A stretch of 64,000 nucleotides of DNA, taken from positions 1 to 64,000 of the IMG/VR virus record IMGVR_UViG_3300032322_001517; one strand, given 5' to 3'. How positions within the stretch are numbered: the first letter of the stretch is position 1; the number at the start of each line of letters is the position of its first letter. This DNA is from a virus. The notes beneath the pieces were generated by a model that saw nothing but the letters and a program-made list of their open reading frames with translations, searched no databases and had not been told where the DNA came from. This document shows, piece after piece, positions 1 through 10,098 of the stretch. Both the position numbers and the translations under genes were made by a program.

Positions 1-411
1 ACGTTTTATCCAATTGTATCATTGAGATTAAAAGCCACAGCACTAGATGCTGTAGTCATTCTCACTGCTATATCTTGCATAGCCGACACATCAAGTAACT
101 TCAACTGGCAGGTAAGAGCAAACGCCACCACAGCAGCTGGGACATGGGTAAGTGCAGGTACTGATAGTTCTGTTGAATATAATATAACAGGTACTAGTAC
201 CTCGGGTGGAAGAATCCTTGCCTCTGGTTACTTTACGGCGACGCAAAGCACCAGCGTGTCTGTGGATATTCTCAAAGAAGCACTATTCAGCTTTCAGCTA
301 GAGAGAAACACTTTGACCGGAACACCGTTTGAGATTTCTCTTGTGCTTGCAGCTAAAACTAATGGCGAGGGTGTCTATGCATCAATGGACTGGGAAGAGG
401 TCTCAAGATAA
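1..411 (+). CDS. Virion structural protein, C-terminal part (5'-truncated by window)
   Basis: Open frame from window start; Thr/Gly/Ser-rich beta-type sequence ending MDWEEVSR, as in T4-like structural proteins. Confidence 0.55.
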   Translation, partial: TFYPIVSLRLKATALDAVVILTAISCIADTSSNFNWQVRANATTAAGTWVSAGTDSSVEYNITGTSTSGGRILASGYFTATQSTSVSVDILKEALFSFQLERNTLTGTPFEISLVLAAKTNGEGVYASMDWEEVSR

Positions 412-418
412 TATTTTT

Positions 419-426
419 TATAAATA
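419..426 (+). promoter_or_regulatory. T4-type late promoter (gp55 sigma)
   Basis: TATAAATA in intergenic region upstream of 960-aa ORF. Confidence 0.75.
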
Positions 427-495
427 ATAACGTTAGTGCGATAAGGCTACGGCAGACTCGCAGATGTTCTTGGATAAGCCTACAGGGAAACTCCA

Positions 496-3378
496 ATGGT
501 AAAAAAGTATAACACATTTGAACCTCAGCTAGTAATTGCAGAACGCAACGAGTCTGCCGTAGTACTCACTAACGAGCAAAAACTATCACTTTATAAAAAA
601 TCCCAAAAAACAGGCATTTCAACCGATATTCTTGAAGAAGTTTATCGTAGAGGACATGTCATATGGAAAGAATCATTCGGTCAAACAGCTGAGCAGTTCG
701 CGTTTGATCGTGTAAACTCATTTATCGCAGGAGGATTTGCTGCCGACCTAGACGAAGATTTACGTCAGTGGTTTGACCCAAAGCACCCAAAAGGTGGATG
801 GAAAAGATACAATTCTAAAGGCGAAGCTGTTGGACCTTGTGCTAGAGAGCCAGGGGAAGCCAAACCTAAATGCATGTCTAATGAAAAGGCTGCTTCGTTA
901 TCTAAAAAAGAAAGAGCCGCAGCTGTTGCTGCTAAAAGACGTCATGACCCTAACCCAGAACGTAAGGGTAAACCTATTAATGTTTCCAATGTTGGCAAAG
1001 GAAAAATATCTGAAATGACTGACATCAACGAAGAAAATAAACCAACGAATCCATCTTTATGGTCAAAAGCTAAGTCATTAGCTAAACAAAAGTTTGATGT
1101 TTATCCATCAGCTTATGCTAATGGTTGGGCTGCTAAGTGGTACAAGGCTAGAGGCGGTGGCTGGAAGTCTGTTAGCGAAGAAGTTACCAATGAAGATTGC
1201 TGGGATGGATACAAAAGAGTTGGTATGAAGAAAAAAGGCAAAAGAATGGTACCAAACTGCGTACCAGAAGAGACTACAGAAAAGCACTCTAAAGATAAGA
1301 ACAAACCATCTTCAAGATTTGAAGGTTCTGATGAGTTAGTTGGTGTTTATAAGAAGGATACTCCTGGTCAATCTACTAAAAAAACTGTTAAAAACGTAAT
1401 TAAAGAAAATCGTCAAAGCTATAGAATTACAAGAGGCAAAACTCTCTCAGATATATCAAAAAGAACAGGAGTTTCTGTTCCAGATTTAGCAAGATTTAAT
1501 AATATCAGCGATGTCAATAACATACGAGCTGGTGATACATTAAGACTTACTGACCCATCTAAAAAAACAGCTACTCCTGGAGCAAGCGCAAAAACTAGAG
1601 CAACAACTACATCTCCTACTCCTAGATCAACGACTGCGGAACCTACTCCTAGAGCATTAACTTCGGTTGCTAAAACAAAAGATGTTATTCCTGGTGAAGA
1701 TGCAGCAAATGATGTTGTTAAAAACACTGCCAAAAGAATTATTGCAAGAGCTCAAGAAGTTGACAGAGGCAATATCACACCACAGCTAGCTTTGGGTACA
1801 GCAGCTAGAGAAGGATTAAATCGTCGTACTCTAACATCAAGAACATATTCTAATCCTGATGCTGGTGGAACTTCTTATGGTCCATTCCAATTATATTCTG
1901 CCTCAAAAAATCCTGATAGAATTGCTAGTGGTGGTATGGCTAAAGAATTCAAGGATAAATTTAAACAATCACCAAGCTCATCAAACCTAGATAATCAAAT
2001 TGACTTCACATTAGATAGAATGCAAACTGTTGGGCGTCAAAACTTAGGCAGAGGAGCTCCTTGGTATGGTATCAGAAGAGGCGGTGGCACTGATGCTGTA
2101 GAAAAACAGGGATGGAAATTAGCTTCTGACCTTGGCATCATTCCACCACCACCACCAAGACCTAAAAACTTAGGAGAATCGTCAATGGTATCAGAAGATT
2201 CTTACACTGTAAGAAGAGGAGATAATCTGGGTCGTATCGCTCGTCAAGCGAATATTCCTCTTAGTAAAATTAAAGAATTAAATCCAGAAATTAAAGATAT
2301 CAATAAAATAGCTCCTGGACAAAAAGTTAGAACTAGAGCTGCTGCACCTGCATCAGCGCCAGCAGCTACACCTAAAGCTGCTGAGCCTCCAAAACAAATA
2401 ACTCGCGATTTTACATTGGGCTCCAGCTCAACTGATGGTTTTAGAAAAACACCTAGAAACGAAGATCCACCAGAAAAGCCACAAGCGCCAACTACACCTA
2501 CTAAAGTTGACAGAGATTATACATTAGGTTCTTCAGCTTCACAAGGTTTTAGAACACAACGCCAACCAGAAGCACCAAAAAGCAGCACATCTGGAGCAGT
2601 AATCGCTGATCCAAACAAAGATTTTGGTAGCCAAGTTGGTGCATGGATGCAAAACTGGGTTGATGGTCAGATGAGAGCAAGACAACAACGTCAACAGCCA
2701 GAGGCTCCAAGAACACCTTCTGCTAGAACAAGAACTCCTAGTAGCGATGGTATGTTATCTCCAGAGCCAATGAAAAAACCACAAGGATCAGATATGACTC
2801 TAGGTTCACAAAGAACTTTTAGAGCAACAGATGATTCTGTTTCTGATCAACAAAAGAAAGACGTTGAAAAAATTAAAAGAGAACAAGAGTCTGGAAATTA
2901 TCTAACAACTTCTGGTAGTAGATATGGCAGAACTTCTCTTTCTACAAGTGACCTTTCTCCAGAACAAAATGCTAGAAGACAAGAAAGAGATCGTGCTAAA
3001 GAAAGAGGTGGACAGTGGGAAGCTGACTTTGATCAAAAAATGTATAGAGATTGGCCTCTTGGTCCTGTACAAAAATCTAAGAACGAAGAAACATTAAGTA
3101 CAATCAAAAGAGTTATTAATGAAGCGACTCATCAAGGTCGTAAGGTTACTTTGAATAAGCCATTCAGAACTCCAGGTGGTCCAAAAAAGTCAGCTGTATA
3201 TGTTGATCCTGATGGTGATGGTAAGGCGAAGATTGTACGTTTCGGAGATCCAAACCTAAGTATTAAGAAAAATCAGCCAGGTCGTAAGCGTTCATATTGC
3301 GCCCGTTCTTCTGGTCAGGGTAATTTAACAAAGAAAGACAGTGCTAATTATTGGTCTCGTAGAGCTTGGGATTGTTAA
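496..3378 (+). CDS. Multidomain late/internal head protein with two LysM domains and a lysozyme/transglycosylase-like domain
   Basis: LysM-like YRITRGKTLSDISKRTG..NNIRAGDTL and YTVRRGDNLGRIARQ..INKIAPGQKV; AAREG...SYGPFQL lysozyme-like motifs; basic modules (PSAYANGWAAKWYK, SANYWSRRAW) typical of T4-like phages. Confidence 0.7.
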   Translation: MVKKYNTFEPQLVIAERNESAVVLTNEQKLSLYKKSQKTGISTDILEEVYRRGHVIWKESFGQTAEQFAFDRVNSFIAGGFAADLDEDLRQWFDPKHPKGGWKRYNSKGEAVGPCAREPGEAKPKCMSNEKAASLSKKERAAAVAAKRRHDPNPERKGKPINVSNVGKGKISEMTDINEENKPTNPSLWSKAKSLAKQKFDVYPSAYANGWAAKWYKARGGGWKSVSEEVTNEDCWDGYKRVGMKKKGKRMVPNCVPEETTEKHSKDKNKPSSRFEGSDELVGVYKKDTPGQSTKKTVKNVIKENRQSYRITRGKTLSDISKRTGVSVPDLARFNNISDVNNIRAGDTLRLTDPSKKTATPGASAKTRATTTSPTPRSTTAEPTPRALTSVAKTKDVIPGEDAANDVVKNTAKRIIARAQEVDRGNITPQLALGTAAREGLNRRTLTSRTYSNPDAGGTSYGPFQLYSASKNPDRIASGGMAKEFKDKFKQSPSSSNLDNQIDFTLDRMQTVGRQNLGRGAPWYGIRRGGGTDAVEKQGWKLASDLGIIPPPPPRPKNLGESSMVSEDSYTVRRGDNLGRIARQANIPLSKIKELNPEIKDINKIAPGQKVRTRAAAPASAPAATPKAAEPPKQITRDFTLGSSSTDGFRKTPRNEDPPEKPQAPTTPTKVDRDYTLGSSASQGFRTQRQPEAPKSSTSGAVIADPNKDFGSQVGAWMQNWVDGQMRARQQRQQPEAPRTPSARTRTPSSDGMLSPEPMKKPQGSDMTLGSQRTFRATDDSVSDQQKKDVEKIKREQESGNYLTTSGSRYGRTSLSTSDLSPEQNARRQERDRAKERGGQWEADFDQKMYRDWPLGPVQKSKNEETLSTIKRVINEATHQGRKVTLNKPFRTPGGPKKSAVYVDPDGDGKAKIVRFGDPNLSIKKNQPGRKRSYCARSSGQGNLTKKDSANYWSRRAWDC

Positions 3379-3395
3379 TGATAAAGGAGAAAGTT

Positions 3396-3632
3396 ATGAG
3401 TATATTAGTTTGGTTAAGAAATAAATTATTCGGCGATCCTTCTGTAAATCAGAAGGAACCAGCAGCTGCTGTTGAGGTTGTTGTACCAAAGCCAGTTGAA
3501 ATTGTTGTGCCAACTCCAGCGCCAGCACCAGAGCCAGTTGATCCACAAATCACTGACTCTATAACAGCTGGCAGACCACCAAAAAGAAAATACACAAAGA
3601 AAACTACAACTGCGAAAAAGGTTAAAAAATGA
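3396..3632 (+). CDS. Hypothetical protein (Pro-rich, basic C-terminus)
   Basis: AAGGAG RBS before ATG 3396; overlaps next start (ATGA). Confidence 0.6.
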   Translation: MSILVWLRNKLFGDPSVNQKEPAAAVEVVVPKPVEIVVPTPAPAPEPVDPQITDSITAGRPPKRKYTKKTTTAKKVKK

Positions 3633-4066
3633 AACAATTAATTGATGAAATGAAGGTTGGCTTGTCGACAGTGTTTTCTTTCTATTTGAAAGCGCACTAT
3701 TTCCATTGGAATGTAGAAGGTCCAAACTTCGCACAGTATCATGATTTCCTAGGCGAATTATATGCTGAAGTTTTTGGCTCAGTTGACGCATTTGCGGAGC
3801 AGTTGAGAGCATTAGGTGCGTATGCTCCTGGTTCATTAGAACGTTTCAAAGAATTGAGTAAAGTTGAAGACGAAACTAATGTTCCAGGCGCAACAGCTAT
3901 GATCAGACAATTAATGTTAGACAATGAAATTATTATTGATCAGCTTAACAAAATTAACAAGTTAGCTGATGAAAATAATAAAAAGGGTTTAACTAACTTT
4001 ATTGAAGGTAGATTAGATATTCACAGTAAGCATGCATGGATGCTTAAATCTTTCTTAAAGGGATAA
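3629..4066 (+). CDS. dps: Dps/ferritin-like protein
   Basis: HYFHWNVEGPNFAQYHDFLGELY...DAFAEQLRALG...KHAWML Dps signature. Confidence 0.92.
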   Translation: MKQLIDEMKVGLSTVFSFYLKAHYFHWNVEGPNFAQYHDFLGELYAEVFGSVDAFAEQLRALGAYAPGSLERFKELSKVEDETNVPGATAMIRQLMLDNEIIIDQLNKINKLADENNKKGLTNFIEGRLDIHSKHAWMLKSFLKG

Positions 4067-4067
4067 A

Positions 4068-5426
4068 ATGAAAAAGTATATCAGTCTAGAGCACGCTATT
4101 AGAAAAGCAGTAGCTGAACAAAATTATAAGAAAAAGGCTCTAGATGAGTCAATTAGTCCTGTTGACTATGACAAACCAAAAGAAGTCCCTCAGGCTTTCT
4201 TCAAGCCTGTTCACATCCAGCCACGCAAAGGCGAAGATCAAATACCAGCTAGTGGACCTGTAAGATCTAGACGTAATTATGAAAAAGAAAAGTCTAGTGA
4301 AACTATGCATCCAGATTTAAAAGAAGAAGATAAAATAGAAGAAGAAGCTGCTGTTATTCGAGCTCCAACAACAACTTTACCAGATCCTTTAGAAATTGCT
4401 AAATCTGCAGCTAAAACGCTTAAAAAAAATGTTGCGCCTTTTGCTAGATCGTTTTTAGGTGGAGCTATCAAAGGCGGTGCTCGCGGTCCGGCTGTAGCAG
4501 CTGCTTCTGGTCTAGCTGCTACTTTACCACATTGGGCGCCAGAGGCTAAACCTGAAGATCAGCAGGATGTAACCAAAGCTCGCGAAGATATTGCTCAAAA
4601 AATGAGAAGAAGAGCTACTGGCGTAAGCCCACAAACTACACCTCCTCCAGCTGCTGTATCTAGAGAAGCAGATAAACCAGCAGCAGCTCCTCCTGCGCCA
4701 CCTGCAGCAGTAGAAGCTCCTAAACCTGCTAATCAAAATTTTAGAAGACAATTTAGAGCAGGAACAACACAACAAACTAGCCCACAGACAGCTCCTGCTG
4801 CAGCTGAAGTCACTCCTAGAGATATTGCAGCTGATAAACCTCAAACTCAGCAAATACCAGGAGCTGCTGTTCCAGTAGCAACAGGTGCCAAGCCAGAAGA
4901 TAAGACGCAAGCTCAAACTACTGTGCCTGCAGCAGTAGCTGTACCTTTAGCTGGCGCTGCAGCGGGAGCGGGGGCTGCAGCACAAACTAGAGCTGCAACT
5001 AAAGCAACAGCTGCAACTAAAGCAGCAGAAAGAACAGCTACTGCGCCTAGCAGACCAGCAAGAGGCGTTCCATTGCCTTTTGGGGGTTCCGGTGATGCAT
5101 CCGACAACAGCGCTAAAATATTTAATAGATCTCATGTTCCTTCTAGAATTTCTATTCCGCCCAAAAGAAGAAAAGCTCATTTTGAAGAAACTAGATATGA
5201 CATCAAAAATGTGGCTAGACCAGAAGATAATCGCGATGAAGAAATTGTAGGTAGACCAAGATCTAAATATAAATTATCAAAACAAGCTGAAATAATTAGA
5301 AAAGTTGTTGAAGAGCAAAAAATTATTATCAAAAAAGATAAAGAAGAAAAAATGGGCAAAAACCCGTTAGTTGATACCGAACCAAAATTAAAGCACCACA
5401 CCTTAGATCAGGAATCTGCAAAATGA
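4068..5426 (+). CDS. Ala/Pro-rich hypothetical protein, probable internal head protein
   Basis: Long ORF in late operon; low-complexity centre, charged termini. Confidence 0.6.
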   Translation: MKKYISLEHAIRKAVAEQNYKKKALDESISPVDYDKPKEVPQAFFKPVHIQPRKGEDQIPASGPVRSRRNYEKEKSSETMHPDLKEEDKIEEEAAVIRAPTTTLPDPLEIAKSAAKTLKKNVAPFARSFLGGAIKGGARGPAVAAASGLAATLPHWAPEAKPEDQQDVTKAREDIAQKMRRRATGVSPQTTPPPAAVSREADKPAAAPPAPPAAVEAPKPANQNFRRQFRAGTTQQTSPQTAPAAAEVTPRDIAADKPQTQQIPGAAVPVATGAKPEDKTQAQTTVPAAVAVPLAGAAAGAGAAAQTRAATKATAATKAAERTATAPSRPARGVPLPFGGSGDASDNSAKIFNRSHVPSRISIPPKRRKAHFEETRYDIKNVARPEDNRDEEIVGRPRSKYKLSKQAEIIRKVVEEQKIIIKKDKEEKMGKNPLVDTEPKLKHHTLDQESAK

Positions 5427-7723
5427 CAGATAAAAATAAAACAATGAAAGAACTTCTAGAAGAAGTCAAGTTTAAATCTCAGAGTATACTAGAAAAAGAA
5501 AATCATCAAAAAGTGATGGAACAAAACTCTTTATATCCTCCGCATTCGTCGACGAATGCGCAGCCTGGTTCTAGTGATACCCCTCTGCAAAAAATAAGAA
5601 ATTGGTTTTTTAGTAGAAATCAATCATCAAACGCAAATACAACGCCTGCTGCTTCTTCTACGTTAACAAGAACAATGACTCCTAGAAATTTAGCAACAAG
5701 AATTGGTCCAACAGGAACTGATGTAGATAGAGTAGTAGTCACACAAAACACACCAGGCGCTATACCCATAAACAGACGTGGTGATGTATCTAGTATCAAT
5801 ATATCGGACGAAAATATAGATAGAGTATTAAGATCAAGTGGTAGTTTTGATGGTGCAGAAAAACAAATTAAAAAAACTGTGCAAAGTGATACTGCTGGAG
5901 GGGCAGGTAGAGTAATTTCAAGAACAACAGCTTGGAATGGATCTTCTACAGCTGTACCAAGAGCACCAGCACCAGCTGGCGAAACATCACAAGCAGCTAC
6001 TGCACCAAGAACAGCAGCTGCTTCTACAGCTGTACCAAGAGCACCAGCAGCAAATAATGCACAAAGCAAAGTGGGTGAGGCTGGAAATTCTGCAGGTGCT
6101 CCAAGAGAACCTTCAGTTGAAGATATGTATGCAAGTGTCGGTAAAGACTCACAATCTGCTGCACCAAAACCTAGAGAACCAGATTTAACTCCACAAGGTA
6201 TAGCAGACAGGACAAGAACTGGAACAAATTTACAGAGTACATCTAATCCGCCACCACCTCCACCAAGACCAGCAGCAAGACCAGCAGCACCTGCGCCAAG
6301 ACCAGCAGCGCCTGCACCAAGACCTGCGCCAGACCCTAACGCTACATCAAGAGCAATGTTTCAGCGTATGAGCGATAAGGGCGATGATGCTACTTCCGCT
6401 GACTTTTTTAGAGCTGACGCACAAAGAACGAGAGAATTAAGATCACAAAGAACAAACGAGGAAACTAAAATGTCATCACCAATGATTCAAGCATTTTTAA
6501 AGCTACAAGAAAAAAATTCTCATAATCTTTTTTCTGAAGCCAAAAAGAAACGTTTAGATCCTGTCGGAAAAGAAGATGGAGATATTGATAACGACGGCGA
6601 TACAGACAAGTCAGATCAATACCTTCACAATCGTCGCAAGGCTATCGGCAAAGCTATCAGAGAAGCTGGCGACGAAGGAACTGCAGGCAGTGTTGTTAGA
6701 AACGGTAGAACATCAGTTTCTCCAACTGCTCCAGGCGGCGCTGGTTATAAGAAGGAAGGTCCATCTGATAAAGAGCGCGAAGCTTTGACTAATAAGATCA
6801 AGGACATTCAGAAAAAAGATAATGACAAAATTGTTAAAGAAGATATGAAGCGCGATCCAGGAGATACTATGGGCGCAGGTAATAGACTAGGTAGACGAAA
6901 TCCTGTAAAACTCGACCGCGAAAAAGATGCTGCTATGAAAGTTATTGCAATGAAAAACGCGAGCGCAGAATCTGATGAACCTGCAGGAAAAATTACTGAC
7001 AGAGTTCCTTCTGATAAGCCATATGGTGATTTACAAGGCGCAAAAAAGGCAATGGCTAATGAAGAAGTAGAACAGATTGATGAAGTTCTTGATAAGGCTA
7101 AAGATAAGATCAGATATGCGCAAAAAGCTGCTGATCAAATCGATAATGTAAATCCTTATGGATCTGATAAAAAAGACGACAAAATTCTTCAAAAGCGTCG
7201 AAAGGGCATTTTGATGCTCAAGAGAAAAGTTGAAAGAGGTGGTATGGGTTCTATGGATGAAGATGTAGAGTTCTCAGATGCAGAGCTAGAACACTTCGCT
7301 TCTATCCTTGAGATGTCAGTTGCACCAACACCTGATGATTACTCTGGTTCTCGCCATGGTGTATCAAAGCGCGATCTTTCAGACGAAACTATCGTAGAAA
7401 CTAAGAAGAAAGATCCAAGCGAACTAAAGCAGCGCGGGCGTAAGGCTGGCGTTAAAGTTGGCGCTTATAAGATGAAGGGTATGGATGATGTTGAAGGCGA
7501 TGAAGCAAAGGCTGAACCAAAGAACCTTGTAGCTCAGAACCCTCGTACATACAACAAGGAAGGCAGAAACTTGGTTGATCTTGAGCATCCATCTAAGCCA
7601 GGCGTGAAGAGAACTGTTCCTGCTAAGGAATACGACTCTTTCAGAAGCAGCTATCTAAACGCTGAAAAGCCAGAGCATAAGACAAAGATGCATGATGCTT
7701 ATGTAAAGAGAGTGTTCAATTAA
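5423..7723 (+). CDS. Large charged/low-complexity protein, probable internal head protein
   Basis: LDPVGKEDGDIDNDGDTDKSDQYLHNRRKAI motif seen in T4-like phage head-associated proteins; Pro/Ala repeats. Confidence 0.6.
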   Translation: MTDKNKTMKELLEEVKFKSQSILEKENHQKVMEQNSLYPPHSSTNAQPGSSDTPLQKIRNWFFSRNQSSNANTTPAASSTLTRTMTPRNLATRIGPTGTDVDRVVVTQNTPGAIPINRRGDVSSINISDENIDRVLRSSGSFDGAEKQIKKTVQSDTAGGAGRVISRTTAWNGSSTAVPRAPAPAGETSQAATAPRTAAASTAVPRAPAANNAQSKVGEAGNSAGAPREPSVEDMYASVGKDSQSAAPKPREPDLTPQGIADRTRTGTNLQSTSNPPPPPPRPAARPAAPAPRPAAPAPRPAPDPNATSRAMFQRMSDKGDDATSADFFRADAQRTRELRSQRTNEETKMSSPMIQAFLKLQEKNSHNLFSEAKKKRLDPVGKEDGDIDNDGDTDKSDQYLHNRRKAIGKAIREAGDEGTAGSVVRNGRTSVSPTAPGGAGYKKEGPSDKEREALTNKIKDIQKKDNDKIVKEDMKRDPGDTMGAGNRLGRRNPVKLDREKDAAMKVIAMKNASAESDEPAGKITDRVPSDKPYGDLQGAKKAMANEEVEQIDEVLDKAKDKIRYAQKAADQIDNVNPYGSDKKDDKILQKRRKGILMLKRKVERGGMGSMDEDVEFSDAELEHFASILEMSVAPTPDDYSGSRHGVSKRDLSDETIVETKKKDPSELKQRGRKAGVKVGAYKMKGMDDVEGDEAKAEPKNLVAQNPRTYNKEGRNLVDLEHPSKPGVKRTVPAKEYDSFRSSYLNAEKPEHKTKMHDAYVKRVFN

Positions 7724-8007
7724 TGCCATTGATTGTCAAAGGTAATTATAAGGTTGGGGAAGAAATAAAGCAAGCTCCCCAACCAATTAATAACCAAAAC
7801 AGCACACAACCTATTCGTACTATGCAAGAAATCAGAGAAGAAGCTTCTACTGGAAAAGTTACTATTAAAAGAGCTGTTCCAGTAAAAACTGAATCTGAAC
7901 CTGAAGAAACATATCTTAAAATTGAAGAAGCTGAGTTGATAAAACATTTCAACAAAAAATCTTCTTATCTTTCAGATATGATCAGTTTTAACATAGAATC
8001 AAAATAA
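7723..8007 (+). CDS. Hypothetical protein
   Basis: Translationally coupled ORF (TAATG). Confidence 0.55.
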   Translation: MPLIVKGNYKVGEEIKQAPQPINNQNSTQPIRTMQEIREEASTGKVTIKRAVPVKTESEPEETYLKIEEAELIKHFNKKSSYLSDMISFNIESK

Positions 8008-8015
8008 TATAAATA
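8008..8015 (+). promoter_or_regulatory. T4-type late promoter
   Basis: TATAAATA followed by GGAGG RBS. Confidence 0.75.
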
Positions 8016-8043
8016 TTAAAACTAATTCTAGGAGGATTAAAAA

Positions 8044-8742
8044 ATGCCACTATGGGGTAGAAACGATCAAGCTGTTACTGCTAACAGCACTACAACAGTC
8101 GAAACATCAAACGGTGCACCAATCGGCACATATACTGCAGTAAAGCTTGGTGGTGGCGCAAACGCCCACTTCGGCAATACTTCAGCTGGTTCGCGTGCTA
8201 ATGTTGATGTTAGAATGTTTAACAACACAACTCCTTCAGCTTTCCTTTCTGGTCAGGCTGTTGGTGTATTCGGTGTTGACACTACAGAAATCGCAGTAAG
8301 TAATACAGCTGGTATTGCTCATGCTGGTTGGAATCTACGCCGCGCCGGTACAGGTCCAATCGTACGTGTAGGTTACACTGGCACTGCTACAGGTTACCAC
8401 AATACAGACGTTATCACAGTATCTTCACCAGTTGCTGGTGGTAATGCTACTGCTACTGTTTCAACTAACTCAAGCGGCGGCGCTCTTAACATCACAATTA
8501 CTGCTGCTGGTTTAGGATTTACTGTTGTAAACGCTACTGCTAACGTATCTATTGCTAATTCTAGCGGTGGTTCTTCAAATGGTTCCGGTGCTACATTTAA
8601 TGCTACTGCAGGTGGACGTGCTGGTCGCGTTCATTATGAAACTCTAGTAGCTATGGGATCTCTTGGCGCTCAAACAGCTGCTTTTGGTACTCCAGCACTA
8701 GTAGCAGACGCTTCGGACGACACTATTCTCCCAGATTCTTGA
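8044..8742 (+). CDS. Virion structural protein (head decoration/fibre-like)
   Basis: MPLWG..HAGW..GRVHYETLVAM motifs, Gly/Thr/Asn-rich, late promoter. Confidence 0.65.
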   Translation: MPLWGRNDQAVTANSTTTVETSNGAPIGTYTAVKLGGGANAHFGNTSAGSRANVDVRMFNNTTPSAFLSGQAVGVFGVDTTEIAVSNTAGIAHAGWNLRRAGTGPIVRVGYTGTATGYHNTDVITVSSPVAGGNATATVSTNSSGGALNITITAAGLGFTVVNATANVSIANSSGGSSNGSGATFNATAGGRAGRVHYETLVAMGSLGAQTAAFGTPALVADASDDTILPDS

Positions 8743-8761
8743 TAGCTGGGAGTAAATATTT

Positions 8762-9034
8762 ATGGCAGATAATTCGAAAAAGGTATCCGAACTACCTACA
8801 GCTTCTAATGTTGCGTTAACAGACAGGGTTTTAATCCTCCGAAGCCCTGATATTAACGCTTCGGTTAGAACAGTCACTATGGCAAATTTTTCTGCTAACA
8901 TAACCATTTCAAATTCAGTGCCAGCTAATTCTAGTGCAAACGGAATAGCTGGCACTATTCGTTTTGATACGAGTTATGTTTATGTTTGTGTTGCTAACAA
9001 CACTTGGAAAAGAGCTACTTTAAGTACTTGGTAA
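8762..9034 (+). CDS. Small structural protein
   Basis: KKVSELPTA N-terminus and YVYVCVANNTWKR C-terminal motif common in phage fibre proteins. Confidence 0.6.
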   Translation: MADNSKKVSELPTASNVALTDRVLILRSPDINASVRTVTMANFSANITISNSVPANSSANGIAGTIRFDTSYVYVCVANNTWKRATLSTW

Positions 9035-9035
9035 A

Positions 9036-9428
9036 ATGAATGATATAAAATTGACTGAAGATAACTTTTTATTATATTGTGCTCATCATTATGACAATTC
9101 CAAATATACTTCGACAGAAGATTTTATGGAAGATTTGAACAGAATTAAATATATTAAGAAACTTATCACTAGATATACTGAAAATCATGATTTGAAAGAA
9201 AGATTAATTTTAAATCATATTATTGTATTAAACAATTGTTTTGGTCCTGAAATTTTAAGTAAGATATTATACTTTAAACTTAAATCGCAGATGAAATATA
9301 TTAAACCGTTTTTGATTCTTATCAACGCTCTACCAGAAAAAATATATAATGTTGGAGATGAGTTAGTAGTTGATACTAATTGCATTGAAATAGATATAAA
9401 CATAGCCAAGAAACTAAGGAAAGTATAA
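9036..9428 (+). CDS. Conserved T4-like hypothetical protein
   Basis: EDF.EDLNRIKYIKKL...LKERLILNHIIVLNNCFG motif. Confidence 0.7.
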   Translation: MNDIKLTEDNFLLYCAHHYDNSKYTSTEDFMEDLNRIKYIKKLITRYTENHDLKERLILNHIIVLNNCFGPEILSKILYFKLKSQMKYIKPFLILINALPEKIYNVGDELVVDTNCIEIDINIAKKLRKV

Positions 9429-9649
9429 TGGATTTTGTACCTGCTAATCACATGGGACTTTCGGGACCTAATTCAGGACCAATAGAACATCCAGAAAAGC
9501 CATTAAAAACTCTTCAACCAATGTTAAGAAGGCAAAAGCCACTTCGTGCTATTATCGGAACAGTAGGCAAGAAACCTATCGGCCAAAATCAAGTAATCGG
9601 TCAATCTATGAAGAAAGAGATGAAGAGAGATGAACGCGCAGGTATCTGA
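9428..9649 (+). CDS. Hypothetical protein
   Basis: Coupled ORF. Confidence 0.5.
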   Translation: MDFVPANHMGLSGPNSGPIEHPEKPLKTLQPMLRRQKPLRAIIGTVGKKPIGQNQVIGQSMKKEMKRDERAGI

Positions 9650-10031
9650 TTTAGACAGAAGACAGGATAGATTAGAAGATGCCATTGAACGTTTGACGGA
9701 AATTTCTGCAGACTTGAATAAGATGTTGGCTGTGCAAGATCAAAAACTAACCCAACAAGAGAAAAGCGTAAACTTATTAACGGAAATAATGGAAAGACGT
9801 AGAGAAGAGTATGACAAAAAATTACAAAATGTCTATGATGTTATGAGGGACGAAGATAAAAAAGTCTTATTCGAACTTGAGGAAATGAGAAAAGAGCAGA
9901 AAGAGCAACACAAGTATCTTTCTGAAAAGATGTCAGCACTTGAAAAAATTATTTGGACCTATCTCGGTGGATTCAGCGTCGTAGTATTTTTAATTACATA
10001 CGGTCCAACTCTTTTGAAATTAATTAAATAA
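9630..10031 (+). CDS. Coiled-coil protein with C-terminal transmembrane helix
   Basis: Heptad-rich body, hydrophobic IIWTYLGGFSVVVFLITYG. Confidence 0.65.
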   Translation: MNAQVSDLDRRQDRLEDAIERLTEISADLNKMLAVQDQKLTQQEKSVNLLTEIMERRREEYDKKLQNVYDVMRDEDKKVLFELEEMRKEQKEQHKYLSEKMSALEKIIWTYLGGFSVVVFLITYGPTLLKLIK

Positions 10032-10039
10032 AAAACGCT

Positions 10040-10067
10040 TTGACATTTACCAATTTGTCAGTATAAT
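10040..10067 (+). promoter_or_regulatory. Sigma70-like promoter upstream of primase
   Basis: TTGACA-N16-TATAAT. Confidence 0.65.
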
Positions 10068-10098
10068 CACTTTGTGGTCATGATAATATTAGGATTAT

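Noticed and set aside
5944-6330. Direct repeats (CTTCTACAGCTGTACCAAGAGCACCAGCA x2; CCAAGACCAGCAGC runs)
   Set aside because: These are in-frame coding repeats of a Pro/Ala-rich linker, not a separate element.
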